A stretch of DNA of 64,000 bases from an uncultured Desulfobacter sp. (GCA_963665095.1 OY762069.1:5600001-5664000); one strand, 5' to 3'. Shown: positions 10,565 through 20,969, numbered from the stretch's first letter. Notes: generated from the sequence alone by a model not told the origin. A program made the numbers and translations.

Positions 10565-11272
10565 ATGGTCATTAAAACCACACCCCAGAAGAGAAACATG
10601 ACCGGGAAAAAGGGAAACGCCGTTAAAGATGACATCTATCAAACGGTTCGAAATGATATTATCACCGGCAGAAAAAAGCCGGGGGAACGGTTGTCCATTG
10701 ATCAGCTCAAAGAGGAGTTCGGTACCAGTGTCACGCCTGTGAGAGACGCCCTCCAGATGCTCAGTCAGGAAGAGTTTATCACCATCAAGCCAAGATCTGG
10801 ATATTATGTCACGGTGGTCACCCTGAAGCAGCTGACGGATATGCTTGACTTCAGGCAGGTGCTGGAACTTGCAGCCCTTGAGCGGGCGGTTGAGCGCATC
10901 ACAGATGAAGAGATAGCAGCCTTGGAACATGTGCATGCCGGGTTTACCGATGACAAAGATGAGACCTATTCGCGGTATACCGAAGAAAACAAGCGGTTTC
11001 ACTGCCTGATTGCCCAGGCCTCCGGGAATCAGGAACTGGCCCACCAGGTGGATCGGATCCACGACCGGCTGGCCCGGTATATGCTGGTTGTGCGGCCGGC
11101 AAAATATATGGATGAGATGCATGGCCAGCTGATTGAGAAACTTAAGGCCCGGGATTCAAACGGGGCAAAAAAGTCCCTGCTCAAAGAGCTCATTAATGGC
11201 AGAAATGTGATTATGGAGCGTATTATGCAGGAGGAGGCCGACACCTGGCACCTTGGCACCGGCGGGAAATAG
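10565..11272 (+). CDS. GntR family regulator (FCD domain)
   Basis: PGERL...FGTSVTPVRDAL HTH; NKRFH...ASGN FCD motif; AGGAGG RBS. Confidence 0.93.
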   Translation: MVIKTTPQKRNMTGKKGNAVKDDIYQTVRNDIITGRKKPGERLSIDQLKEEFGTSVTPVRDALQMLSQEEFITIKPRSGYYVTVVTLKQLTDMLDFRQVLELAALERAVERITDEEIAALEHVHAGFTDDKDETYSRYTEENKRFHCLIAQASGNQELAHQVDRIHDRLARYMLVVRPAKYMDEMHGQLIEKLKARDSNGAKKSLLKELINGRNVIMERIMQEEADTWHLGTGGK

Positions 11273-11343
11273 TCCGTCCCTTATAACCTGGCATACAGAA
11301 CATATTTTTCAGTCAGATAACAGCAATTTAAGGAGTTCTTATA

Positions 11344-12120
11344 ATGACTGCTTCAGGGTTTTCCATGAATTACTTCTCCCTGGAAGGCAAAACCGCCGTC
11401 GTTACCGGTGGCAACACCGGTCTTGGGCTGGCCTTTGCCACGGCACTGGCCACAGCCGGGGCCAACCTTTTCATCCCCAGCGTGATTGAAGATGTAACAA
11501 ATGCAAGGCAAGTGCTCGACCCCAAGGGAGTCAAAGTTGAATTCCAGCATATTGATATTGCTCAAAAAGGGGCGCCCAGATCCGTGGTTGAATCGTGTAT
11601 GGAGAAGCTGGGCCGCCTGGATATCCTGGTGAACAATGCCGGGATCTGCCGGTTGAATTCGGTGGAAGCGTTTGGCCGGGAGGACTGGGACCCCATGATT
11701 GATATCAACCTGACCGCCGCCTTTGAGATGAGCAAGGAGGCCGCCCATATCATGATCGCCCAGAAGAGCGGTAAGATTATTAATATCTGTTCGCTATTCT
11801 CTTTTCTAGGCGGGCAGATGTCACCGGCCTATGCAGCCACCAAACACGCCCTTGCCGGACTGACCAAGGCATATTGCGATGAACTGGGCCAGTACAACAT
11901 CCAGGTTAATGGGATTGCGCCTGGCTATTACGCCACGGACATAACGCGTGCCACCCGGAGCAACCCGGTGACCAATCAGCGGGTGCTGGATCACATCCCG
12001 GCAAACCGCTGGGGTGACCCGGAGGACCTGAAGGGAACCGTGGTTTTTCTGGCCAGCAGGGCCTCGGATTATGTAAACGGACACCTTTTGGTGGTGGATG
12101 GCGGGTATCTGGTCCGCTGA
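11344..12120 (+). CDS. ygcW: SDR oxidoreductase, YgcW/KduD-like
   Basis: TGGNTGLG, NNAG, YAATK; C-terminus NQRVLDHIPANRWG...NGHLLVVDGGYLVR as recalled for E. coli YgcW. Confidence 0.88.
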   Translation: MTASGFSMNYFSLEGKTAVVTGGNTGLGLAFATALATAGANLFIPSVIEDVTNARQVLDPKGVKVEFQHIDIAQKGAPRSVVESCMEKLGRLDILVNNAGICRLNSVEAFGREDWDPMIDINLTAAFEMSKEAAHIMIAQKSGKIINICSLFSFLGGQMSPAYAATKHALAGLTKAYCDELGQYNIQVNGIAPGYYATDITRATRSNPVTNQRVLDHIPANRWGDPEDLKGTVVFLASRASDYVNGHLLVVDGGYLVR

Positions 12121-12238
12121 CCGGAAGGTGCTTGAAACGCCTCACCCCACACAACCCTTTAATAAACTAAGCCAATAGGCACCAAACGGTTACAGGCAAT
12201 AAAACAGATCAAAAATTTATAAAAAAAGGATATATCCC

Positions 12239-13693
12239 ATGGCACTGACACGAGAAGCCATTGTTGAAAATCTGGTCAGAATCGCCGGACAGGAAAGGGT
12301 GATCACCGATGAGCAGGTGTTAAAGGAAAACAGCTGCGACCGTTATAAAAAACTGCAGACGATTTTCGGGATTTACACCTGCCCCATCCCGGCGGCGGTT
12401 GTTCGGCCCAAAGACACAGAAATGGTATCTAAAATTCTGGCCTTTTTGAATGAACACCAGATCAACTGCGTGCCGAAAACCGGCGGGTCAGCCACCGAAG
12501 GGGGCCTTGAAACCATCGTGGAAAACTCCGTGGTAATGGATGGATCGGGCATGGACGAAATTGTCAGCATTGACCCGGTGAGTATGCAGGCAACCGTGCA
12601 GTGCGGTGTCAGGCTCGAAGCCCTTGAAGATAAACTTCGAGAGAAGGGCTTTACCACAGGCCATTCGCCTCAGTCCAAGCCGCTGGCCATGCTCGGGGGC
12701 CTTGTCTCCACCCGCAGTATCGGCCAGTTCTCAACCCTTTACGGCGCCATTGAAGACATGGTGATTGGCCTTGAGGCAGTCTTTCCCAACGGCCATATTG
12801 CCCATATCAAAAATGTCCCCAGGCGCGCCTGCGGTCCTGATATCAGACATATCATTATCGGCAACGAAGGGGCGTTGTGCTACATCACACAAGTCACCGT
12901 AAAAATTTACCGCTACTACCCTGAAAACAACCGCTATTACGGGTATGCCGTTAAAGAGATGGCAACCGGATTTGAGGTGCTGCGGGATGTGATTACGGCC
13001 GGGTACCGCCCCTCCATAGCCAGACTCTATGATGCCGGTGACGGGGTCCAGCACGGATTTGACCAGGTGGCCCCGGATAAATGCCTGTTGATTTTCATGG
13101 CTGAAGGCCCTGCTCCCCTGGCTATGGCCACAGGCCAGGGCATCGAAGAGATTGTAAAAAATTATCCGGAATGTGAGGCGGTGGACCCCAAATTCATTGA
13201 GAACTGGTTCAACCACCTGAACTGGGGACCTGAAAAGGTTCAGCAGGAACGCGACTATATCAAAAAGACCCTGAATATGGGATTCACCACGGAGATCTCC
13301 GGCAACTGGGCCGACATCAATGCCATTTATGAAAATGTCATGGCCGCCGTCACCGACCGGTTCCCCCATATGGATGATTTAACCATGCTGGGCTGCCACT
13401 CCTCCCACTCCTACCAGACCGGCACCAACCTCTATTTTGTCTACGACTACAATGTCAAGGATTGCGACCCGGTGGATGAGATCGATAAATACCATATCCC
13501 CATTAATGGCCTGATTGTTGAAGAGACCTTAAAGGCCGGCGGCTCAATGGTCCACCACCACGGTATCGGAAAGTACCGCACCCCCTGGACCCGGCAGGAG
13601 CACGGCTCTGCCTATTATATGCTTGAGTCCTTGAAAAAAGTCTTTGACCCCAAGGGCATCATGAACAAAGGATGCATATTCCCGGTGGAATAA
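12239..13693 (+). CDS. ygcU: FAD-binding oxidoreductase, YgcU / alkyl-DHAP-synthase-like
   Basis: GHSPQSKPLA, TRSIGQFSTLYGAIEDMV, HSSHSY, HHHGIGK. Confidence 0.9.
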   Translation: MALTREAIVENLVRIAGQERVITDEQVLKENSCDRYKKLQTIFGIYTCPIPAAVVRPKDTEMVSKILAFLNEHQINCVPKTGGSATEGGLETIVENSVVMDGSGMDEIVSIDPVSMQATVQCGVRLEALEDKLREKGFTTGHSPQSKPLAMLGGLVSTRSIGQFSTLYGAIEDMVIGLEAVFPNGHIAHIKNVPRRACGPDIRHIIIGNEGALCYITQVTVKIYRYYPENNRYYGYAVKEMATGFEVLRDVITAGYRPSIARLYDAGDGVQHGFDQVAPDKCLLIFMAEGPAPLAMATGQGIEEIVKNYPECEAVDPKFIENWFNHLNWGPEKVQQERDYIKKTLNMGFTTEISGNWADINAIYENVMAAVTDRFPHMDDLTMLGCHSSHSYQTGTNLYFVYDYNVKDCDPVDEIDKYHIPINGLIVEETLKAGGSMVHHHGIGKYRTPWTRQEHGSAYYMLESLKKVFDPKGIMNKGCIFPVE

Positions 13694-14520
13694 TGGATGC
13701 CCTGGTCTGCTTTAAAATCATGCCTGAACTCGATGCTGTTTTCAGCGGCAATGAGCCGGTAATTGAAAACAACCAGATTCAGGCGTCCCATGTCAGACAG
13801 ATCTTTAACTGCTTTGACGAAAGTGCTCTGGAGCTTGGGCTTGGCCTGGCAGATCAATATAAAGAAACAAAAGCCAGCTTATCTTTAACAGCGTTGACCA
13901 TTGATGACACCAGGGCAGATCTGTTTTTAAGGCAGCTGCTGGCAGTGCAATATGACACGGCGGCCAGAATTGAGCTTCCGGACACCACGACCTCCCGGGC
14001 CGGGCCGGCGTATATTTCAACGCTGATCTGCCGCTATATTCAAGAAAACAAAGGGACCCAGATTGTTTTTACCGGCACCCAGTCCGGTGAATATGGCGAC
14101 GGACAGACCGGCTTTCTGGTTGCGGAACGCCTTGGCTGGCCCTGCATCAGCCAGGTCAGTGAGGTTCAACCAGGGCCCGGGCCGGATTCCATTATTGTTA
14201 CCACGGATATGCAGGGGATAAGTGTTACCTGCACAGTCATGCTGCCTGTGGTGCTGGTTGTGGGCAATGCCCCCAAAGCACCCTTTTTACGCGTGCCGAC
14301 ACTGTCCCAGAAACTGGCCGCAAAAAAGAGAGCAATTAAAATTCTTAGTGCATCTGAACTGACAGACTCAGGCCATGCCCCTGAAAACAGTGAAACAGGA
14401 TTTAAATTCCTTACGCCTGTCAAAAATGAAAAGCAATGCCGGATGATAGATCAGGGCAGTGACGCTGCCAAGGCCCGGATTTTGTACGACATCATTATAA
14501 ACAAGGGCCAAAGGCCATGA
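13693..14520 (+). CDS. electron transfer flavoprotein beta subunit (FixA/YgcR-like)
   Basis: VCFK, NCFDESALE, GTQSGEYGDGQTG, ERLGWP; ATG overlaps the preceding TAA. Confidence 0.88.
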   Translation: MDALVCFKIMPELDAVFSGNEPVIENNQIQASHVRQIFNCFDESALELGLGLADQYKETKASLSLTALTIDDTRADLFLRQLLAVQYDTAARIELPDTTTSRAGPAYISTLICRYIQENKGTQIVFTGTQSGEYGDGQTGFLVAERLGWPCISQVSEVQPGPGPDSIIVTTDMQGISVTCTVMLPVVLVVGNAPKAPFLRVPTLSQKLAAKKRAIKILSASELTDSGHAPENSETGFKFLTPVKNEKQCRMIDQGSDAAKARILYDIIINKGQRP

Positions 14521-15512
14521 AAACGGTGTGTGTGATGCATGCCGGCCACCCGGTACTTGAGAGCCAGGCCGCAGATATCAGGGCGTTTTGTGCCCGGGAC
14601 AGCCAGGGGTTTTCCCAGCCTGAAACCTGGTGTTTCTATCATGGTGAAATCCCTGCAACGATTCCCGAAACCCTGCCGGGTGAGCACCCCTTAAAAATGA
14701 TTCCAGTGGCCCAGCCCTATCTGGCAGAATCCTACCTTGACCAGCTTTTGCAGCAGGGCAATGTAAAAGAGGTCAGACAGTTTATCTTTCCGGCCAGTGC
14801 CATGGGAAAACAGCTGGCAACCCGGCTGGCATACCGGCTTGGCGGCAGTTCCTGCCTGAACGTGAACACAGCTGATTTCCAGACCCGGCCGGTCAGAGTA
14901 TTCCGGTTTGCTGCGGGCAATTACATGAACGCCCTTGTTGAACTGAAAACTGCCCCGTTCTGTATCTCGGCAGCCAGGCAGGCGGGTGGCGACGGGAAGG
15001 CTGTTGCAATGAGCACTGCCCGGGCACGGGTCTGTGAAAATATAGAGCAGCCTTGTTTCGACTGGTTAAAAAGCGTACAAACGTCCGTCCCCTTAAGGAA
15101 AAACAGCCTGGAACAGGCCGATATTGTCCTGGCTGTGGGACAGGGCATCAACGGCAAACAGGCCCTTGATGATCTTAAGCCCCTGGTCAGGCGCATGGGT
15201 GCCCAATCAGGCGTTTCCCGGCCCGTGGCCATGAACGCATGGGCAGACATGGAACGACTGATCGGGGCGTCCGGCATTTTGATTTCACCCAAGGTTTGCA
15301 TTGCAGCCGGGATCTCCGGTTCAGGATTTTTCATGCTCGGCATTGAAAACAGCGGGGTTATCGTGGCGATTAACACCGATCCCGCAGCCCCGATATTCAA
15401 ACAGGCGGATGTCGGGATTGTGGGGGACTTAAAATCAATTTTAAAAAAACTTGATCTGCTCTTAAAAGATAACCCTCTCCATGATCCGGGCATGGACAAG
15501 GGGAACGCTTAA
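14517..15512 (+). CDS. electron transfer flavoprotein alpha subunit (FixB/YgcQ-like)
   Basis: SRPVA, IGASG, GISGS, AINTDPAAPIFKQADVGIVGD. Confidence 0.9.
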   Translation: MKTVCVMHAGHPVLESQAADIRAFCARDSQGFSQPETWCFYHGEIPATIPETLPGEHPLKMIPVAQPYLAESYLDQLLQQGNVKEVRQFIFPASAMGKQLATRLAYRLGGSSCLNVNTADFQTRPVRVFRFAAGNYMNALVELKTAPFCISAARQAGGDGKAVAMSTARARVCENIEQPCFDWLKSVQTSVPLRKNSLEQADIVLAVGQGINGKQALDDLKPLVRRMGAQSGVSRPVAMNAWADMERLIGASGILISPKVCIAAGISGSGFFMLGIENSGVIVAINTDPAAPIFKQADVGIVGDLKSILKKLDLLLKDNPLHDPGMDKGNA

Positions 15513-15513
15513 G

Positions 15514-17070
15514 ATGGCGCCCCCCCTGATACAGGATCTGGACGACCGTTTCCAGGCCTATCTTTGTGATGAATCCGGCCTGACCGGCCATGCCGGAAGC
15601 ATTTCATTTCCCGGATCCAAGGATGAGATTAAACGCATTCTTGCCCATGTTCATGAAAAAAATCTGCCGCTCACCCTCCAGGGAAGCCGCACCGGGCTTT
15701 GTGGAGGGGCGGTTCCCCAGGGGGGCCATGTCCTGAATCTGTCAAAGATGAACCGGATTACAGGACTCGCAAAAGAAAACCCCGAAGAATTTTTAATGAC
15801 CGTAGAACCCGGCCTTCAATTAACAGAATTAAACGATCAGCTTGAAAATCAAACTTTTGATACCTCCGGCTGGGATCCCTCTGCTCTGGCGCTTTTGGAT
15901 GAATTTCACCGCTCAGGGCCCTGGTTCTGGCCGGTGAATCCCGGAGAAGTCAGTGCGACAATCGGTGGCATTGCCGCCCAGAACGCCCGGGGAAGCTTTG
16001 TCACCGGGTACGGGGAGCCCCATCAGTTTATCCAAAGGGTCTGCCTGATTGACGGCCGGGGAAAATCCCATGCCATAAGTTCAGGACAGTACCGGGTTGA
16101 AAAAGGTATCCAGGCCTTACCCGATAATCAACGCATTGCCCTGGGCTCATCTGCTGAATATGCCACCCCGCCGAACGGGGCCCCCCGGGATCTGCTGTCC
16201 ATCATCCTGGGCAGTGAAGGTAACTTCGGTGTGATCTCCAAGATAACCCTAAGATTGATCCCTAAACCCGACCAAATCTGGGGCATTGCGTTTTCCTTTG
16301 ACAGGACACAGGATGCATTGTCCGCTGTGGCTGCCTTCAGCCATGGAAAAACCATGGTTAAAGGAGCACGGATTGCAGGGCTGGAGTGGCTTGGCAACCG
16401 CACTCTTGACGCCATCCGCCGTTTCAGGTCACAAAAAAAGGGGCCGGGCCTGTGGCCCCAATTTTCACCAGCCTCCCAATCCATGGTCCTGGTGGAAATC
16501 CATGCGGATAAAGAAGGAACCATGGATGCGGCAGCCCAGGCACTCCTGGAAAAGGCCCAGACCCATCACGTGGATGACGATTATACCTGGGCGTTCTGTA
16601 ACCGCGATGAAATGGCGCGGTTTAAAGCAATTCCCCATGCAGCAGTGGAATCCATGAATGTGAAACCCGGCCCCATGGGAAAGGCACCGTTGTCAACACA
16701 ATTTCTTCTTGAACTTAAATTTGACCCGGGGCAAAGCACCTTAGTAATTGAAAAAATAGAAAGCACCCTCTTAAAAGAAACCATTGAATACCATCTCTGG
16801 GGAATGGTGGGTATTGGTTGTGTTCGGTTGCATGTGGCCACCCAAAATGAGACGCAGTATCAAAAGGTTTGCAGGATCATGGCGGACCTGGAGAAAGATA
16901 ACCTGATATCCGTTACTGCCGGTTATGGCCGGGGACGACAGAATGATTTCGTTCAGACCTGCGACCGGTGGCATGATGCACTTCGCCGGGCCCAGGCACT
17001 GAAACAATTTTTTGACCCTGCAGGTATTTTAAATCCTTTTGAAAGCAAAGAGGTGTTGTCCCATCTATAG
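15514..17070 (+). CDS. FAD-binding oxidoreductase, GlcD/D-LDH-like, with degenerate C-terminal His motifs
   Basis: QGSRTGLCGGAVP, ATIGG, GSEGNFGVI, FDPAGILNP. Confidence 0.85.
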   Translation: MAPPLIQDLDDRFQAYLCDESGLTGHAGSISFPGSKDEIKRILAHVHEKNLPLTLQGSRTGLCGGAVPQGGHVLNLSKMNRITGLAKENPEEFLMTVEPGLQLTELNDQLENQTFDTSGWDPSALALLDEFHRSGPWFWPVNPGEVSATIGGIAAQNARGSFVTGYGEPHQFIQRVCLIDGRGKSHAISSGQYRVEKGIQALPDNQRIALGSSAEYATPPNGAPRDLLSIILGSEGNFGVISKITLRLIPKPDQIWGIAFSFDRTQDALSAVAAFSHGKTMVKGARIAGLEWLGNRTLDAIRRFRSQKKGPGLWPQFSPASQSMVLVEIHADKEGTMDAAAQALLEKAQTHHVDDDYTWAFCNRDEMARFKAIPHAAVESMNVKPGPMGKAPLSTQFLLELKFDPGQSTLVIEKIESTLLKETIEYHLWGMVGIGCVRLHVATQNETQYQKVCRIMADLEKDNLISVTAGYGRGRQNDFVQTCDRWHDALRRAQALKQFFDPAGILNPFESKEVLSHL

Positions 17071-17115
17071 GCTCAATCATTTAAATTTCTTATCCCATAA
17101 TTTGGATGGAGATTC

Positions 17116-17523
17116 CTATTTTGTTTCGATCCAATTTTCGAGTCTCAAGCCATCAACCCTGATAAACTCACGCATGTTATTAGAGACAAGAATCAACGAT
17201 TCACTTCGGGCATGCCCTGCAATATGCAAATCATTTACTCCTATAGGGGTTCCCTTCTTTTCTAAATCCGCTCTGATATTTCCATAGTGGGCCGCTGCAT
17301 TGTCTCCATAGGGCAGGACTTCTAGTCGTGATACAAAGTCTTCCACTCTTCTTAGATTGTGGGACACCATAGTGCTTTTTTCAGCACCATGTAATAATTC
17401 TGCCAAGGTGATTGAGCTAATACACATCCGGCCTGCATTGGCGTTAAAAATGTCCAGTACTTCAAGTGGTCGACGCTTAATCACATAAATAACGATGTTG
17501 GTGTCCAACATATATTTCAGCAT
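17116..17523 (-). CDS. vapC: type II toxin VapC (PIN domain)
   Basis: YMLDTNI, ITLAEL, GTPIGVNDLHIAGHA, LVSNNMREF. Confidence 0.96.
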   Translation of the reverse strand: MLKYMLDTNIVIYVIKRRPLEVLDIFNANAGRMCISSITLAELLHGAEKSTMVSHNLRRVEDFVSRLEVLPYGDNAAAHYGNIRADLEKKGTPIGVNDLHIAGHARSESLILVSNNMREFIRVDGLRLENWIETK

Positions 17524-17756
17524 CAAAACGATTCCCTTTCTGATTGTTCTTGTGAAGCACGTTCCGTCATAAAATCATCGGAGACGCCATCTTCAGAAAG
17601 AAAAAAGCTATCCCATGTGTTTTCCACAGGCGAAAGCACACGGTCTTTACCGATAACACGCACAACAACTTTTTTCACATTTTCAGGGAATCTGCTGTCA
17701 ACCGGTAATCTCACCGCTTGGGTTCTGTTATTCACAAAGACGGTTCCTACATCCAT
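17523..17756 (-). CDS. vapB: type II antitoxin VapB (AbrB/SpoVT-type)
   Basis: VFVNNRTQAVRLP, SDDFMTER; TGA overlaps the vapC ATG. Confidence 0.95.
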   Translation of the reverse strand: MDVGTVFVNNRTQAVRLPVDSRFPENVKKVVVRVIGKDRVLSPVENTWDSFFLSEDGVSDDFMTERASQEQSERESF

Positions 17757-17780
17757 GACTCAATCTCCTATAATTAGTTC

Positions 17781-17803
17781 GCTATATATGTAAAGTATAT
17801 AGC
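17781..17803. promoter_or_regulatory. probable vapBC autoregulatory operator
   Basis: Inverted repeat GCTATATA-N7-TATATAGC about 25 bp upstream of vapB; further half-site at 17826-17833. Confidence 0.6.
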
Positions 17804-18304
17804 AGGAATATGTATTTAGCAATGGTATATAGCACTGATTTTTATGAATATGATTTCTCCTCCCAAGCACTTAAACTTATCTTCCACGTTTTCAGCGTCC
17901 ACAAGAGTAACAGATAGCCTGGGGGGCGTTGTTCGGCCGAAAAACGGGGACTGGCTGATCAACTGGCAGAAGGGTAGTCTTCACCTCAGCACTTTGATTT
18001 GATCTTCAAGATTTACGTTCCAGGTCACCAATAACTGAAGTAGCCAACGCCGCTCCAAAATTGGTCTGGGAGTCCTTAAATACCATGATTGTGGGGTTTG
18101 GATTTACTATATTCATTAAGTATACAGCTGTCATGGAATCCCTTTACACGGTTTGAAAATGTTGGTAATGCTGGTATGAAATTCAGTAGATATAATGGGT
18201 TGCGGTTAGATAGCAGATCAAACAAGATAACCGGACCCATTCATCTGCTTAATATATATTGGCCGTAGATTTAAATTTCGAAGCCCCAAAAATTGTAAGG
18301 CATT

Positions 18305-20815
18305 ATGAAAAGTATAACAGCAAAAGTTTTAATTTCCATAGGGGGCTTAACGGTTTGTTTTTTAGCCTTGATCCTATACTTTTTTTATTCACTCACAAAT
18401 AAGCAGATAAGTGGCGTCATCCAGCAAGAGGCTTCAGTAGCATTACAATTTGATTTAGCAATAAGAGAATACATAAGTGAGTCCATTCGTCCCATCATGT
18501 ATCAGTTGGTTGATGACGATGAATTTATCGTAGAGGCTATGTCCTCCTCATATGTGGCCCGTTCTATTTTTGAAAAAGTCGGAAAAGAATTTCCAGAATA
18601 TATTATAAAATTTTCTTCTGACAATCCACGAAACCCCATCAATCAGGCTGGTCCAGAAGAGCTTAATATCATAGAACACTTCAATAATAACCCGGAGTTA
18701 AATAGATGGAAGGGGGTTATTACCATCAAAAATAAAGGATATATAGCTCAGTTCAATGCAAGACGCATGGAAGAATCGTGCCTTTGTTGTCATGGAGACC
18801 CTCAAGATGCACCAGCTTCGATGATTGAAAAATATGGTTCAGTTGCAGGATTCAACAGGGAAATTGGAAAAGTGATCGGTATGGATACTGTGGCTATACC
18901 AATAAACAAGATTACCGAAAAATTACGGTCTGAGCTTAAAACCACTGTTCCTATTCTAATAATCGGGCTTTCGCTGTTTTTTTGTGGTGTGATTATTGTG
19001 ATGAAATTACTTGTCATCAACCGATTAATTCTAATTTCAAAACATTTTAAATCGGCTGCTAATGAAACAGATTATTCACAAATTGCCCAGATAAATATTC
19101 AAGGGAAAGATGAAATTTTTGATTTGGCATCTGGATATAATACGCTTACAGATAAGCTTAAAAATTTTTATTCATCGCTTAACCATAAAGTTCAGCGAAG
19201 GACTGAGAGCCTTGAAAAGGTGAATGAAAAATTATTGCAGGAAATCAACAAAAAAAATGAGGCAGAAAAAGCCTTGATAGAGAGCGAGGCACGGTTCAAG
19301 GCCCTTCATAATGCTTCTTTTGGAGGTATTGCAATTCATGATAAGGGAATGATTTTAGATTGCAATCAAGGATTGTCAGAGATGACTGGCTACTCTCAAA
19401 CCGAACTGGTGGGGATGAATGGTCTGTTACTGATTGCAGAAAAATCAAGAGACTTAGTCATGGATAAAATTCTTGACGGTAATGAGAAAGCCTATGAGGC
19501 AACCGGGCTTCGTAGAAACGGAGAAGAATACCCGATTCGGTTAGAAGCGCGAAATATCCCCTATAAAGGCAAGTTGGTTAGAACTGTTGAATTTAGGGAT
19601 ATTACTGAAAATAAGCAAGCTGAAAAAGAGCATGAAAAACTTCAGGTCCAGTTGATTCAGGCTCAGAAAATGAAAGCTATCGGGACACTTGCAGGAGGGA
19701 TAGCTCATGACTTCAATAATATTCTGACCGGAATATTCGGGTATTCCCAATTGGCTCAAGAGAGTCTGCAACAGCCTGAAAAAGCAAATGAGTACATTGA
19801 GCAGGTTGTGAAAGGAGCCCAACGGGCGGCAGACCTTACAAAACAAATATTAACATTCAGCAGGCAAGGTGAATACCAAAAACTGCCCTTTGCAATTTAT
19901 TTGGAGGTTAAAGAAGCGTTGAAATTATTGCGTTCATCTATACCTTCAACAATTGAAATTAAGAGCAGACTTGACTCAGAGAAAATGGTTATAGCAGATC
20001 CGATTGAAATCCATCAAGTAATCATGAATCTTTGTACCAATGCGTATCATGCTATGAGGAAAACAGGAGGGCGCTTGACTGTTTCGTTAACAGATGTTGA
20101 ATTTTCCAGTTCAAAACTGTTCAAAGGTAAAGAGGTGGCTGCCGGTGAATATATCAATCTTGAAGTAAGAGATACCGGTTCTGGAATGGACAAAAAGACA
20201 ATGGAAAGAATTTTTGAGCCCTATTTTACCACAAAAGAAAAAGGAGATGGAACAGGAATGGGCTTGGCTCTTGTTGATGCGATTGTTGATGCGCATAACG
20301 GGTTTTATGAAGTCAAAAGTGAACTTGGAAAAGGTACAACCTTTCACCTCTATTTTCCTATTGAAAAGGGCAGCGAAACAAAAAATATTCAAAACAACGA
20401 CAAAGAACTTCCGTTGTCAGGGAATGAAAAAATAATGGTCGTTGATGATGAGAAGCTTATCATAGAAAGCTGCAAAGCGATTTTAGAAAACTACGGGTAT
20501 CAGGTCAAAACATTTGCCAATGCTGTTGACGCCCTTGAAGCATTTAAAAGCAATTCGGATAAATTTGATTTAATCATAACAGATATGACAATGCCAGGGC
20601 TGACCGGGGATAAATTTGCAATAGAAATTTTAAAAATAAAACCTGGTTTTCCGGTTATATTATGTTCTGGGTTTAGTGACAGCCTGTCCCCGGCAAAAGC
20701 ACTTAAACTCGGGATTAGATATTTTGTCCAAAAACCGGTTCGGAATCAAGATCTTATGGTTATAATTCGAAACATTTTTGAAAATAATGGCAATACAATG
20801 CCCATAAAAAAGTAG
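18305..20815 (+). CDS. hybrid sensor histidine kinase: periplasmic heme-c (DUF3365-like), HAMP, PAS, HisKA, HATPase, REC
   Basis: Two TM segments, PRNPINQA, CLCCH, LAGGIAHDFNNIL, DTGSG, GTGMGL, DLIITDMTMP. Confidence 0.92.
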   Translation: MKSITAKVLISIGGLTVCFLALILYFFYSLTNKQISGVIQQEASVALQFDLAIREYISESIRPIMYQLVDDDEFIVEAMSSSYVARSIFEKVGKEFPEYIIKFSSDNPRNPINQAGPEELNIIEHFNNNPELNRWKGVITIKNKGYIAQFNARRMEESCLCCHGDPQDAPASMIEKYGSVAGFNREIGKVIGMDTVAIPINKITEKLRSELKTTVPILIIGLSLFFCGVIIVMKLLVINRLILISKHFKSAANETDYSQIAQINIQGKDEIFDLASGYNTLTDKLKNFYSSLNHKVQRRTESLEKVNEKLLQEINKKNEAEKALIESEARFKALHNASFGGIAIHDKGMILDCNQGLSEMTGYSQTELVGMNGLLLIAEKSRDLVMDKILDGNEKAYEATGLRRNGEEYPIRLEARNIPYKGKLVRTVEFRDITENKQAEKEHEKLQVQLIQAQKMKAIGTLAGGIAHDFNNILTGIFGYSQLAQESLQQPEKANEYIEQVVKGAQRAADLTKQILTFSRQGEYQKLPFAIYLEVKEALKLLRSSIPSTIEIKSRLDSEKMVIADPIEIHQVIMNLCTNAYHAMRKTGGRLTVSLTDVEFSSSKLFKGKEVAAGEYINLEVRDTGSGMDKKTMERIFEPYFTTKEKGDGTGMGLALVDAIVDAHNGFYEVKSELGKGTTFHLYFPIEKGSETKNIQNNDKELPLSGNEKIMVVDDEKLIIESCKAILENYGYQVKTFANAVDALEAFKSNSDKFDLIITDMTMPGLTGDKFAIEILKIKPGFPVILCSGFSDSLSPAKALKLGIRYFVQKPVRNQDLMVIIRNIFENNGNTMPIKK

Positions 20816-20969
20816 AGAGGAAGAGAGCCTTTTGTCTATGATTGAACATTTTTTCAAAAATGACCCGGCCACCAGATATTGTGCTTTTGTCAATATATTA
20901 TAGATCTTCCATCAAAAACCGAGACCGCGTTCAGGCGTAGAAATAATAATCGGAATACTGACTTGGGAG

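Noticed and set aside
11344..12120. Calling the SDR kduD
   Set aside because: Sequence and context fit YgcW better, and no kduI or pectin-utilisation genes are present.
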